Below are positions 18,939 to 28,952 of a stretch of 64,000 nucleotides of DNA, in pieces. The stretch covers positions 617,517 to 681,516 of the forward strand of contig JBMOPU010000012.1 of the NCBI GenBank assembly GCA_049322955.1. Direction: 5' to 3'. Every line of letters starts with the position of its first letter. Positions within the stretch are counted from its first letter, which is position 1. The notes below the pieces were generated by a model that worked only from the letters and a program-made list of their open reading frames with translations, made no database searches and was not told where the DNA came from. The stretch is from Patescibacteria group bacterium (GTDB lineage Bacteria; Patescibacteriota; Microgenomatia; UBA10105; UBA927). A program made the position numbers and the translations under genes.

Positions 18939-19511
18939 TTATTTCGATGAATGATTATCCGTATGTTCGTCTTCGCCGGATCCTTCACCCTTCTTGTCGG
19001 GTACGACCATTGCGGCAAGGACTCTTCCTTCCATCCGGGGCTCGCGGACGAGTTTTACTCCGTCGAGCGATTTGATGAAGCGGTTGAGCACTTCAAACCC
19101 GAACTGTTTTCTCCCTAATTCTCTTCCCTTAAACAGGACGTTTATCTTTACCTGATTGCCCTTTTCAATAAATTCCGTCGCCCGTTTGAGCCACGTGTCG
19201 AAATCATGTTGTTCGATAAACGGTCGCAAACGGACTTCTTTGACACCGACATTTTTGACATTCTTTTTCGCCTCGCGCTCTTTTCTGGCCTCCTGGTATT
19301 TAAACTTTTTGTAATCAATCAGTTTAGCTACCGGCGGCTTGGCGTTTGGCGCAATTTCAACGACGTCGACCGAAAATTCCTTCGCCTTTTGCAAGGCTTC
19401 GATTTTCGAGACTATGCCGATTTGCATACCTTTTTCATCCAAAAGCCGCACCTGCGGACTCAGGATTTGGTAATTAATTCGGTATGTCTTATGAAATTGC
19501 TTTGGTCTCAA
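18939..19511 (-). CDS. infC: Translation initiation factor IF-3 (non-AUG, TTG start)
   Basis: RINYQI..VRL, PPVAKLIDYKKFKY, VKEVRLRP; no in-frame ATG upstream of the conserved N-terminus. Confidence 0.95.
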   Translation of the reverse strand: MRPKQFHKTYRINYQILSPQVRLLDEKGMQIGIVSKIEALQKAKEFSVDVVEIAPNAKPPVAKLIDYKKFKYQEARKEREAKKNVKNVGVKEVRLRPFIEQHDFDTWLKRATEFIEKGNQVKINVLFKGRELGRKQFGFEVLNRFIKSLDGVKLVREPRMEGRVLAAMVVPDKKGEGSGEDEHTDNHSSK

Positions 19512-21246
19512 TCTCGGTTACCAGCTTTGCAAGGAAGTCATCAAGGGATTGTTCCTTGAGATTTTCCCCGCGCCGCGTACGAACGCTCACCGTGTTACTA
19601 TTTATTTCGGTATCCCCGATTATAGCTAAGTACGGCACTTTTTGCAACGAGCCATCTCGGACTTTGGCCTGCATGGGTTGGCTACGGAGGTCGGCTTCCG
19701 CCCTGATCCCCTTCTTCTTCATCATTTCGGCAACCGATACCGCCGCTTCGTTATGCCGTTCTGCAATCGGAACGACGATCGCCTGGACGGGAGCGAGCCA
19801 CAACGGGAATGCGCCGCCGTATTTTTCGATAAGAAATGCCATGGTTCGCTCGATGGCTCCCACCGAGGACCGGTGGACAACGACCGGTTCCGCCTCTTTA
19901 CCCTCTTCGTTGGTATAGCTCAGTTTGAAGCGTTTGGGCATGACAAAGTCATATTGCACGGTGAATGCCGTTTCCTCTTTGCCGTGAATATTCTTTATCT
20001 GCACATCAATTTTCGGGCCGTAAAACGCCGCTTCATCGGGTGCCTCATAGAATGACGCATTCCGTTTGACCAGCACCGTGCGAAGCACCGTTTCCGCTTC
20101 ATCCCACATGGCGTCATCCTTGAAGTATTTCTTTTCGTTAGATCGGTCTCCCAGCGACAGGCGATATCGGTAATCGGCTCCCGCGACAAGCCCCATGACC
20201 CGGGCGATGTAATCGATAAGATCCAAAACCGCGTTAATTTCCCCTTCCGCCTGACTTTTTTGGGCGATGATATGGGCATCCGCAAGGCAGAAGCTCCGCA
20301 CCCGCATAAGTCCCGAGAGCTCGCCCGATTTCTCATAGCGGAATAACTTGGCAAGTTCCGCATACCGAAGCGGCAGTTCCCGATAACTGCGGGTTTTTGC
20401 ACGGTACAGTTCAAAATGGTGCGGACACGTCATGGGCCGCAACATAAACTCATCTTCGTCGATCGTTATCGGGGCATACATTGTGTCCTTGTAATACGGA
20501 TAATGCCCGCTCGTGCGGTAAAGATCGAGTCTTGCCAGTTCGGGGGTGACCACATGCAGGTACCCTCGACGCAATTCTTCATCCACGACAAAGCGTTCCA
20601 ATTCCCGTCGTACGGTGGCTCCTTTCGGAGTCCAGAGCGGGAGCCCCTTCCCGACAAGGTCGGAAAAGGTAAACAGATCGAGTTCGACTCCCAATTTCCG
20701 GTGATCCCGTTTCTTGGCTTCTTCGAGCATCACTAGGTGTGCCTCGAGTTCTTTCTTTGTGGGGAAACAGGTGCCGTAGATGCGAGTTAACATTTTGTTC
20801 TTCTCGCTTCCCCGCCAATACGCTCCCGCCACCGAAAGCAGGGTAAAGTGCTTTATGTCACTGCTGGGGTGCTGGCAATGCCCTCCCCGGCACAGGTCCG
20901 TATAGTCGCCTGAGGTGTATGTGGTAAGTTTTTGATCTTCACCTGAAAATTCTTCTATCAATTCACGCTTATATTCGTTGTCGGCAAAAAGAGCGAGCGC
21001 ATCTTCTTTTGACACTTCCGCTCGGTCAAAGGATTTCCAGTTTTTGACAAGTTCCCGCATCTTGGCTTCGATTCGGGGAAAGTCGGCTTCCGACACTTTG
21101 TCGTTACCGAAATCGAAATCATAATAAAACCCGTCCTCTATGGCGGGGCCTATTGTACGTTTTGCATTCGGCCAAAGTTCCATGACGGCCGCCGCGAGCA
21201 AATGCGCGCACGAATGTCTCAGGTTCTCAAGATGTTTTGTTTCCAT
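19489..21246 (-). CDS. thrS: Threonine--tRNA ligase (lacking the TGS domain)
   Basis: RHSCAHLLA, DLCRGGH, RDHRKLG, LRPMTCPHH, AAFYGPKID, PLWLAPVQ. Confidence 0.97.
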   Translation of the reverse strand: METKHLENLRHSCAHLLAAAVMELWPNAKRTIGPAIEDGFYYDFDFGNDKVSEADFPRIEAKMRELVKNWKSFDRAEVSKEDALALFADNEYKRELIEEFSGEDQKLTTYTSGDYTDLCRGGHCQHPSSDIKHFTLLSVAGAYWRGSEKNKMLTRIYGTCFPTKKELEAHLVMLEEAKKRDHRKLGVELDLFTFSDLVGKGLPLWTPKGATVRRELERFVVDEELRRGYLHVVTPELARLDLYRTSGHYPYYKDTMYAPITIDEDEFMLRPMTCPHHFELYRAKTRSYRELPLRYAELAKLFRYEKSGELSGLMRVRSFCLADAHIIAQKSQAEGEINAVLDLIDYIARVMGLVAGADYRYRLSLGDRSNEKKYFKDDAMWDEAETVLRTVLVKRNASFYEAPDEAAFYGPKIDVQIKNIHGKEETAFTVQYDFVMPKRFKLSYTNEEGKEAEPVVVHRSSVGAIERTMAFLIEKYGGAFPLWLAPVQAIVVPIAERHNEAAVSVAEMMKKKGIRAEADLRSQPMQAKVRDGSLQKVPYLAIIGDTEINSNTVSVRTRRGENLKEQSLDDFLAKLVTEIETKAIS

Positions 21247-21249
21247 AAA

Positions 21250-21392
21250 AAAACCGTCCTTTCCTTTGCGCTCCCCGCGTATGGCAGAGAAGGTTCCAGC
21301 GCAAATTTAGTAACGGTCCTTAATTTTCTATCGTATCGTTGATAGACCGCTTTACTTTAGGAGTGGTGAGGTCCTATGCAAACGTAAAGTAT
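21250..21392 (-). promoter_or_regulatory. Probable Thr T-box riboswitch with ultra-short stem I
   Basis: TTTGCGC-TGGAACC-TTCTC...GGGGA-GCGCAAA antiterminator (21265-21305); GACCGTTAC box; TAGGA-CCTCACCAC-TCCTA hairpin with ACC. Confidence 0.6.
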
Positions 21393-21430
21393 GTATAGTC
21401 TAGCACACCCGTTCCGCGTGTCAAATACAC

Positions 21431-21841
21431 TCACATGCGCTCAAGTTGCCGGGGAGCCCGTTCCTGTAGATATCGTCGGACAAACTGATCTGCGTCTCGG
21501 TAAAAGTTATGCGTGTCTAAGACCGACAAATGGAGGGTTTTTATGGCATGCGCCTCGAAGTCGCGGATATGCCGGGCGTCATGGAGGTCTCCGCTAATAA
21601 GAACCGGTACGTGGCGTTTATGGAGATGCGGAGCTAGCGAAAGATATGTTTCGTCAGGAAACCCCATTGCATCGAATACGACGATACACGGAAGCTTTTC
21701 GCGAAGATGACGCTTGGCCAGATCCATGCTGTCGACGTGAGTAAAAACCGCATCGGGAAGTCCTTTAAACCCGGTTTCCACAAATCGTCTCCAATCGTTG
21801 GCAATTGCTTTGGGACTCAGGAAAGTCAGTATTGATGTCAT
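21431..21841 (-). CDS. Hypothetical protein (possible degenerate receiver-like alpha/beta domain)
   Basis: ATG ORF of 136 aa; PCIVVFD...VPVLISG pattern. Confidence 0.55.
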   Translation of the reverse strand: MTSILTFLSPKAIANDWRRFVETGFKGLPDAVFTHVDSMDLAKRHLREKLPCIVVFDAMGFPDETYLSLAPHLHKRHVPVLISGDLHDARHIRDFEAHAIKTLHLSVLDTHNFYRDADQFVRRYLQERAPRQLERM

Positions 21842-21886
21842 ACGATTGCGTCGCTTTCCGCATATTGGCTCACAAAAGCCAATTTG

Positions 21887-22402
21887 TCAAATGCGGAAGG
21901 CATAAATATGGTTCACCGTATCTTGTCGTACCACCTTCCAATCCGGGAACATGAAGCTATTTGAAATTACCAGCGCACCCGGTTTTAATTCCTTTTTTAA
22001 CTTTTTTGCCAGAACATCCATTTTCCAGGGAATCAGATACACAAACACGACATCCGCATTCGTAAGGTCAGCGGACCAGAGGTTCTGCCAACGGACCGTA
22101 ATACGGCCCCTGTATGCCCCCAGGAAGGCTTTTATTTGGGTAAAACGCACGAGATACGGATTGATCTCAATGCCGATGGCGTTGGCTCCTTTTTTGGCGG
22201 CGGCAAAAAGCACCCGTCCGTCGCCGGATCCCACGTCGATAATCGTCTGTCCAGACCGTATTTTGGCAAGCGCGACCATGGCATCAACCGATTTTTTTGA
22301 AGAGGGCACGAACGGTCCTCCCGTGACGAAAGCCAGGCAAAGAAACAGGAAAAACCCGGCCATAAGCAGTTGCAGGATAAGAAAAAGAATACTAAGCATC
22401 AT
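21887..22402 (-). CDS. Membrane-anchored SAM-dependent methyltransferase
   Basis: GPFVPS, IIDVGSGDGR, GIEINP, ADVVFVYL, LKPGALVISNSF. Confidence 0.88.
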   Translation of the reverse strand: MMLSILFLILQLLMAGFFLFLCLAFVTGGPFVPSSKKSVDAMVALAKIRSGQTIIDVGSGDGRVLFAAAKKGANAIGIEINPYLVRFTQIKAFLGAYRGRITVRWQNLWSADLTNADVVFVYLIPWKMDVLAKKLKKELKPGALVISNSFMFPDWKVVRQDTVNHIYAFRI

Positions 22403-23040
22403 ATTCGTTCTGCGGTGACAATAAGGCGTTTATATGTGGTACCGGGCGGCCAGCACGTCATAAGCGTGACCGTTTCCTTGCCGTTTCCCTTGTTTGTCAG
22501 ATATTCTACCGCTTTGGGTGAAACGGTATTTTTACGGGTAACCCGATAGGTATATTTTGCATCATCAAAGTAGAGCAAGATCGTATCATTATCTTCCAAC
22601 TTGCTTAAAAGATAAAACACCGAATTGTATCTAGTTGCCTCATAAAAATTTACCGACGAATGGGAAAACAAAAATACATTTCCCTGGCTCCCGGGTTTTG
22701 CCGTGCCTTTGGCGTGTGCAACGCCACGGGTAAGTGCCACCTGATATTGGCGGCTGTCATACGGATTGACGTCGGGGACAATCACGGCATTCGCGCCGAT
22801 TTTGGGGATGACGATACCGAATTTCCTGTCGACCGGGATGATGTTTCTCGCATGCAATACGGGGATGTTGTTCGTTATCGAATACCCGAGCTCTTCCCGA
22901 ATCACGGGCCAAAACGTGGCAAGGGCTATCACAAAAGATAACGCGATGCACGAAATGCCGCCGTAGGTGAAAAATATGCCCCAGGGGATCGGTCGTCGCG
23001 GATCAGACGGAGAGATCTTTTTTCTTTTTCCGGAAGGCAT
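22399..23040 (-). CDS. Sortase
   Basis: N-terminal TM; GNVFLFSHS (His), TLMTCWPPG (Cys), KRLIV (Arg) catalytic triad. Confidence 0.92.
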   Translation of the reverse strand: MPSGKRKKISPSDPRRPIPWGIFFTYGGISCIALSFVIALATFWPVIREELGYSITNNIPVLHARNIIPVDRKFGIVIPKIGANAVIVPDVNPYDSRQYQVALTRGVAHAKGTAKPGSQGNVFLFSHSSVNFYEATRYNSVFYLLSKLEDNDTILLYFDDAKYTYRVTRKNTVSPKAVEYLTNKGNGKETVTLMTCWPPGTTYKRLIVTAERI

Positions 23041-23989
23041 AAAGCAAGGCTCCTAGTACAAGTATAGCACCGGCGATCGCCATGTTGCGGGCCGTAGAAG
23101 ATTTGTCTGTGCTTTCGGACGTTTTGACCACTTCCGCGCTCGGCGTCGTGTCACCGAGAGTTTCGCCGCTTGTGCCGGTAGGTTGTATGCTCCCGCTTGT
23201 CGAGGATTGTCCCAGGATGCTTCCTCCCGCGTTGCCGCCGCCACTTACCGGGATTGCTCCCTGTGCGGGAGATCCGGTCGGATTGATGACGGTGACGGTG
23301 CTTACATTGTCTCCGATAAGTGCAGAGCCGTTACCCGCCGCATCAAAAGCCCGTACGGCGTAGTAGTACGTCTTGCCGCAGTCAGGTGGGGTATCCGTGA
23401 CGTTTTTGGCCTCATCGGATCCTATGGAAATTACCTGTATGCGCGAGCCGCCGTCCGCGTTAAACGGTACCGCGTCGGATCGGTAGAGTTCTGCCTTGAC
23501 CGTGGCGCCGCTGTCATTTGCGGTTTTGAAATGAATGGTATATTCACAGGCGTTTGTTTTGTTTTTGCTGTAATCGCGCAGATCCCCCGGGCCGCTGGTG
23601 TCATAGGTCACCGTTGTCGTTTCATCGTCGAAGTTATCGCCCGATCCGTCTCCCGCGGTGGCTTCTACTTTAAACGAGTACGTTCCTTCGCCGTCATTGA
23701 GCACGGCATTATCTACGGCACAGCTCCCGCTGTTGCCGCCGTCGGCAAACGTTTGAGTGCTACCGAACTGTGAGAATGCCGCATCGGAAGGACCTTTCTG
23801 AAAACATTTAACGGTCACCGTTCTTCCCTGAAGGTCCAGAACAACAAAGCTCACGGTGAAGTTATTTTGATTGATCGGCGATTTGGGCTGTTGGATTCTG
23901 ACGCTGACATTTTTGGCGGCATACACCCTGCCCGTTACGGCAAACGCCGACAATCCCGCTACAGAGAGAATAATCAGTTTTTTAAACAT
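23003..23989 (-). CDS. Surface protein with Ig/FN3-like domains and C-terminal TM anchor
   Basis: Signal peptide, YYYAVRAFDAAGN FN3-like strand, S/T/G linker, TM plus RKKKK tail. Confidence 0.8.
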   Translation of the reverse strand: MFKKLIILSVAGLSAFAVTGRVYAAKNVSVRIQQPKSPINQNNFTVSFVVLDLQGRTVTVKCFQKGPSDAAFSQFGSTQTFADGGNSGSCAVDNAVLNDGEGTYSFKVEATAGDGSGDNFDDETTTVTYDTSGPGDLRDYSKNKTNACEYTIHFKTANDSGATVKAELYRSDAVPFNADGGSRIQVISIGSDEAKNVTDTPPDCGKTYYYAVRAFDAAGNGSALIGDNVSTVTVINPTGSPAQGAIPVSGGGNAGGSILGQSSTSGSIQPTGTSGETLGDTTPSAEVVKTSESTDKSSTARNMAIAGAILVLGALLYAFRKKKKDLSV

Positions 23990-24016
23990 GGAGCCTCCGT
24001 GTGTATTTCCCGGCAG

Positions 24017-24289
24017 TTAATAATCCGATACCCGTAATGAACAGGAGTACCGCAAACGCGAGCCATGCTTCATCCGCTCCCCTATGAGAATTTCAGCAGG
24101 ATATGAAACGGGCGCAGACGCGGAGGTAAAAAGCGAGGCGTGACGAAGTGAAAGCGTCATACTTCGGAAATATAAAAATTTGTGGGCGCCCCAAACGCCG
24201 AGCAAAACAACTCCGAGGACAAGCAAAACCGTTCCCATGACGCTTTGCCGGTTATGCTGTTTCTTCAAATTTTTCTTGCGTTTTGGCAT
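24017..24289 (-). pseudogene. Possible truncated sortase-like membrane protein
   Basis: Basic N-terminus, TM helix, then PAEILI (resembling the first sortase strand) before an abrupt end. Confidence 0.35.
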
Positions 24290-24325
24290 GGTGTATCTGT
24301 AGTGTAACAGAGAGCGAGTTCCACC

Positions 24326-24354
24326 AAAAAGGGGCTCCTAGCAGAGCCCCTTTT
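24326..24354. terminator. Bidirectional intrinsic terminator
   Basis: AAAAAGGGGCTC-CTAGCA-GAGCCCCTTTT. Confidence 0.75.
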
Positions 24355-24373
24355 GTGCTGCGAATTGAAAATA

Positions 24374-25108
<735 letters not shown>

Positions 25109-25309
25109 CGCCGATTTTCCCGGCGCCTCCTCTGTTAATAAATAATAAATAACCGATAGTTTAGGGTGTAAAAATCACATATCCCTATCTATCAGTCTTT
25201 TCTATCGTAAAATTCTAGGCAGAAGAAATTTATTGAGGCTTATAGTGTAACATACCATACGTAACCTGACAAGAGAGGCGTATCTTTTGGCGAAGAATGC
25301 TTGCGAGGG

Positions 25310-25383
25310 TGGGCGCACAGGGGCTCGAACCCCGGACCTTTGCAATGTGAATGCAACGCTCTAGCCAGCTGAGCTATGCGCCC
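25310..25383 (-). tRNA. tRNA-Val(CAC)
   Basis: Cloverleaf; anticodon arm TTGCA-TTCACAT-TGCAA; no encoded CCA. Confidence 0.95.
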
Positions 25384-25391
25384 GTGTTTTC

Positions 25392-25430
25392 TGGGACAAA
25401 ACCTGCGGTTTTTTCCCAACGATTTTCCCT
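25392..25430 (-). repeat. tRNA-leader mismatch hairpin, copy A
   Basis: TGGGA-C-AAAACC-TGC-GGTTTT-T-TCCCA-ACGATTTTCCCT (+ strand reading). Confidence 0.8.
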
Positions 25431-25599
25431 TCAGTGGAGTCGCGAAAGCAGAGGTTCCTCTGCAGAAAACTTCGCGAAGCGTCTTTGTTACTGAAAGAAA
25501 ACATTGTCATTATATATGGAAGCAACGGATTTGGAAAGAATTGTAACGAAAGGGAAAAAGAGCGGTGGCGGTGTTTATCCGGCTATGCCGGATGCCACA

Positions 25600-25629
25600 T
25601 CGAGAAAAAACCCGCAGGTTTTGTCTCGA
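25600..25629 (+). repeat. Inverted copy (E) of the mismatch hairpin
   Basis: TCGAGA-A-AAAACC-CGCA-GGTTTT-G-TCTCGA. Confidence 0.7.
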
Positions 25630-25636
25630 GATGCGC

Positions 25637-26239
25637 TTAGCCTGCTGAGGTGGCAAGCGACCGTTCATTAGAGAGGCCAAAGGTGGTACCGTGTTTCTTG
25701 TACATACCCCAGTACCCCATTTTCTTTTTGCGGGTAGCAAATGACGCAAGCCAGGTGCGGCTATCCTCAACCTGTTCACGAAGCACTTTGATGAACGTGC
25801 GAAGTTGTTCGTAGAAGTTCAAATGATACACGCCGGGATTGACCACTTCCTGACTGACTGCGGTCGCGACTTCATTATGGAGGTTTTTGAGCGATACGAT
25901 AAGCGCTTTCAGTTCGGCACGAATTGCATCAAGCTGGCGCTTTGTTTCCGCTTCGATTACATCCGAATTCGGTTTGGGCTGAGGATGTGCTTCCACCCGA
26001 ACGGGTTGCACCGCAACCTGTTTTTCCGGTTTCGTATCACCGAATTCAATGGTTTGATTCGGCCGTAGTTCTCCCGATGCGGGCATCCCCCCGATAAGCG
26101 AAGCGACGATATCACCCCCGATTTTCGAAAATTCGGAAACTGTACTTTTCCCCACGCTTGAAGGTACGGAGCCCAAAGCTTCGAGGACATTATCGTTCTT
26201 ATAATGGTTCTGCTTTTTCTTGGAGGCTAGCTGTGCCAT
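25637..26239 (-). CDS. Conserved CPR hypothetical protein (DUF5660-like)
   Basis: C-terminal PGVYHLNFYE...GYWGMYKKHGTTFGLSNER pattern recalled from Microgenomates proteins. Confidence 0.7.
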   Translation of the reverse strand: MAQLASKKKQNHYKNDNVLEALGSVPSSVGKSTVSEFSKIGGDIVASLIGGMPASGELRPNQTIEFGDTKPEKQVAVQPVRVEAHPQPKPNSDVIEAETKRQLDAIRAELKALIVSLKNLHNEVATAVSQEVVNPGVYHLNFYEQLRTFIKVLREQVEDSRTWLASFATRKKKMGYWGMYKKHGTTFGLSNERSLATSAG

Positions 26240-26282
26240 AGCGCCTGCATTATACCCTCACGGGCAGTGCAATTGCAAACGA

Positions 26283-27125
26283 TTACGCCATGAGGCCGTC
26301 GAGGGTTTTTTGCCTTCGGATGAGTGACGTTAGGTAATACCGTTGCCCTTCAAGCGCCGTGCGCTCTTCGGGTGATTTGGCGGTCGAAAGGAGCTTATCC
26401 ACTTCCGCTTCGCTCACGGTAACCTTTTCCTGCTCGGCAATCGCTTCAAGACCGAACTCAAGGGTCAGGTTCTTGGCCGCCTGGGCACGAAAATCAGCCC
26501 GAATCGAGTCTGCCGTCTTTCCTGTTGAGGAGAGATACTGTTCCACGGAAAGCCCGAGTTTTTTGGTTTGATCGACGAGTTGTGAAAGCTGATGGGTAAC
26601 TTCATGCTCAAGCAAAATTCCGGGAAGCTTCGCCTCGATTGCGGTAAGCAATGCATCAAGTACTTCGTCCACGGAAGGCCCTTTCGGTTGCGTATCTTCT
26701 TTCCCCGGAACCAGTATTTTGCTCCCGCCTTTGGCCGCTTTGACATCGGCCACTGCTTTTTTGTAGTCCTTCAGTGTCACGACGGGTCGTTCACAGGTTT
26801 TGGCAAGAACGATCCAATCTTTCCCTTCTTCTGCACTTTTCAGTTCAATCTGCGGCATCATGATGGGCGCGACTTTTTGTTCCATCACGGCGTCGGTATA
26901 GGCTTTCGGCACTAACCGCTTGATTGTTTCTTCGTAGGTTTTGGTCTTGTCGATATTTTCCTCAATGATTTGCTTGGGAGCTTTTCCTTTGCGGAAACCT
27001 GCTATTTCGGTGTTACTTGCCGTCTCGGTAACGACGGTCTGATACATGTCCTGGATGTCGCTCCAGGGAATGGTGATGGTAAGTTCAATTGTGCCGTCTT
27101 CGGTTCGGTTGATGGTGCTTTTCAT
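26283..27125 (-). CDS. tig: Trigger factor (short form, PPIase domain reduced or absent)
   Basis: IAGFRKGKAP ribosome-binding signature; C-terminal chaperone domain. Confidence 0.9.
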   Translation of the reverse strand: MKSTINRTEDGTIELTITIPWSDIQDMYQTVVTETASNTEIAGFRKGKAPKQIIEENIDKTKTYEETIKRLVPKAYTDAVMEQKVAPIMMPQIELKSAEEGKDWIVLAKTCERPVVTLKDYKKAVADVKAAKGGSKILVPGKEDTQPKGPSVDEVLDALLTAIEAKLPGILLEHEVTHQLSQLVDQTKKLGLSVEQYLSSTGKTADSIRADFRAQAAKNLTLEFGLEAIAEQEKVTVSEAEVDKLLSTAKSPEERTALEGQRYYLTSLIRRQKTLDGLMA

Positions 27126-27173
27126 AATTGCCAAGTGTAACACAGGCATGCCTGAGCGTAAAGGGATCGCTCA

Positions 27174-27641
27174 TCAATTGGAAAGATTGAGCTCGAGATC
27201 CAAGATGGGAGGAGCAAGGGTACTGTCCTGTAACGAAAACGAGTTGAGTGTTGCCGAAAATGAGGCAATCTCTTCCTTAAATGCCATAAACGCGGTGGTT
27301 GTCGCAATCCGGGAGACATTGGGAGGAGGGGTCGGTGTCGGTATATGTGTGGGCGTGACGGCAACGGGAGGAGCGGACGTCGTCGGCGCGGCACTTCGTG
27401 CATACAATAAGCCGAAAACCACAATTCCAACAAACAGGATCGCACCGACGACAATATAAAGAACATTCCCCTTTTTTGCTTTGGGAGGAGCAGTCGGCGG
27501 GGTGGTGAGTGATGAAAGTGACGGTTGAACCGTAGGGGTCTGTTCGGGTGCTTGTTGTTGAGGAACAGGCGACGGGGTGGCCTGTGGTGCGGTTGCTGTC
27601 GGTTCATTCACTGTCGGTGATGGTGATTGTTGTTCGTCCAT
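27174..27641 (-). CDS. Pro/Thr-rich single-pass membrane protein
   Basis: Low-complexity P/T/Q N-terminus and a TM helix. Confidence 0.7.
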   Translation of the reverse strand: MDEQQSPSPTVNEPTATAPQATPSPVPQQQAPEQTPTVQPSLSSLTTPPTAPPKAKKGNVLYIVVGAILFVGIVVFGLLYARSAAPTTSAPPVAVTPTHIPTPTPPPNVSRIATTTAFMAFKEEIASFSATLNSFSLQDSTLAPPILDLELNLSN

Positions 27642-27643
27642 AG

Positions 27644-28441
27644 TTATTCGTAGGTTAATGCGGTTTCCAATTCCTTAAGATACGATCCCGCTTCCACAAG
27701 ATCTTGTCGTGCGGTATTGACGGTTCCCTGTAATTGCTGGAATATGCGCTCCTGTTGTTGCACGTCTCCGGTAATTTTGGGAATCGTCGCCCGAATCGTA
27801 TTGGCTTTTTGCTGATACAAGCTGTATTTATTGGAAAGAGCCAACAGCCAACGATCCAAAATAGCCTGCTTTTGGGGTGAAGCGTCCGTTTTGCTCGCAT
27901 TGATAAGCACCTGCGAGTGGGTCGCGACATCATTAAACTCTTTGGCGAAGTAGTTAAGATACCCAAGTTGCAGTGCCGCGATAATCTGCCGATAGGCCGA
28001 CTGCATGGTTTCGTAGTTGGTAACAAATTTTTCCGATACGTCTTCGGCGTCATCAAGTGAAGCGATCGAAGGGGCTAAAATAAGATGTTGATCCAAATAC
28101 GCGATTTGGTTGGTGAGGATCGCCCGATACGTTTGTTTTTCGCTGGCGATCATTCCGGGGTTTTCCGTGATTTTCTCATTAAGAAACAGGAAATAGGTTT
28201 TCGCGACATTCCCCCGCTGGGCGATATACAATTTCACTTTTTCCAGTACATCCTGTTGCGATGCCAACGATTTGAATTGCTTGTATTGATTTAACGCAAT
28301 CTGGTAATCGGATAACCGTTGGCGATACACGCTGAACTGATATTGGTAATCCTGATATGCCTGTTGACTCGTGGCAAAAGCGGGCCGTGGCACGATAAGG
28401 AAGCTCACCGCCAGCAAAAATAGATACGCAATTCTTCTCAC
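27644..28441 (-). CDS. Secreted alpha-helical hypothetical protein
   Basis: Signal peptide (PAFA), Q/Y-rich coiled coil. Confidence 0.7.
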   Translation of the reverse strand: MRRIAYLFLLAVSFLIVPRPAFATSQQAYQDYQYQFSVYRQRLSDYQIALNQYKQFKSLASQQDVLEKVKLYIAQRGNVAKTYFLFLNEKITENPGMIASEKQTYRAILTNQIAYLDQHLILAPSIASLDDAEDVSEKFVTNYETMQSAYRQIIAALQLGYLNYFAKEFNDVATHSQVLINASKTDASPQKQAILDRWLLALSNKYSLYQQKANTIRATIPKITGDVQQQERIFQQLQGTVNTARQDLVEAGSYLKELETALTYE

Positions 28442-28488
28442 CGAATTATCGTACCATGCAAAAAAATGAGAATCAACGCGAAATATTT

Positions 28489-28797
28489 TTACTTCCTCTT
28501 GGTGTGGTGATGTTCGGGTAATCGGGTAGCGATACCGCAGGTGAGGCTAAACAGACGGAGTTTCGTACGACCGTCCGCAAGGCAAAAGTTGCAGGCTTTT
28601 TTCATCGTATCCGTTACTTTTGTGCCTTCCGCGCCTATGGCATCCCATTGCTTCCCCAAATCGGTGAGCATCGTTCGTATGAGCTGGCGGTTTCCCTCTC
28701 CCGCCTCTGCGTCTTCGGCCTGATGGCAGGCTAAGCACTGACCGTCGATGGCCCGAGCGGCCGCTTCTAATTTGTCGTCCGAAAGAATTTCATTCAT
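28489..28797 (-). CDS. Hypothetical Cys-rich protein (CLACH, CNFC; possible metal binding)
   Basis: ATG ORF with two CxxC pairs. Confidence 0.5.
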   Translation of the reverse strand: MNEILSDDKLEAAARAIDGQCLACHQAEDAEAGEGNRQLIRTMLTDLGKQWDAIGAEGTKVTDTMKKACNFCLADGRTKLRLFSLTCGIATRLPEHHHTKRK

Positions 28798-28952
28798 GGG
28801 TTATGCGAGCTTTTTTTACCGTACGTTATGTCGTGAAGAAGCATTGAATACTTGTAACCGCGACACCCTGCAAAGTGTGATGCGTTTTGTGCTCCCGAGA
28901 GAAACGATCCCCTAAGGGGTACCACATCCCGCTCAGCGGGATACGTTGAGTG

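Noticed and set aside
28489-28797. c-type cytochrome call from CLACH
   Set aside because: No signal peptide, and a second CxxC suggests a metal-binding site; no cytochrome maturation genes are in the window.
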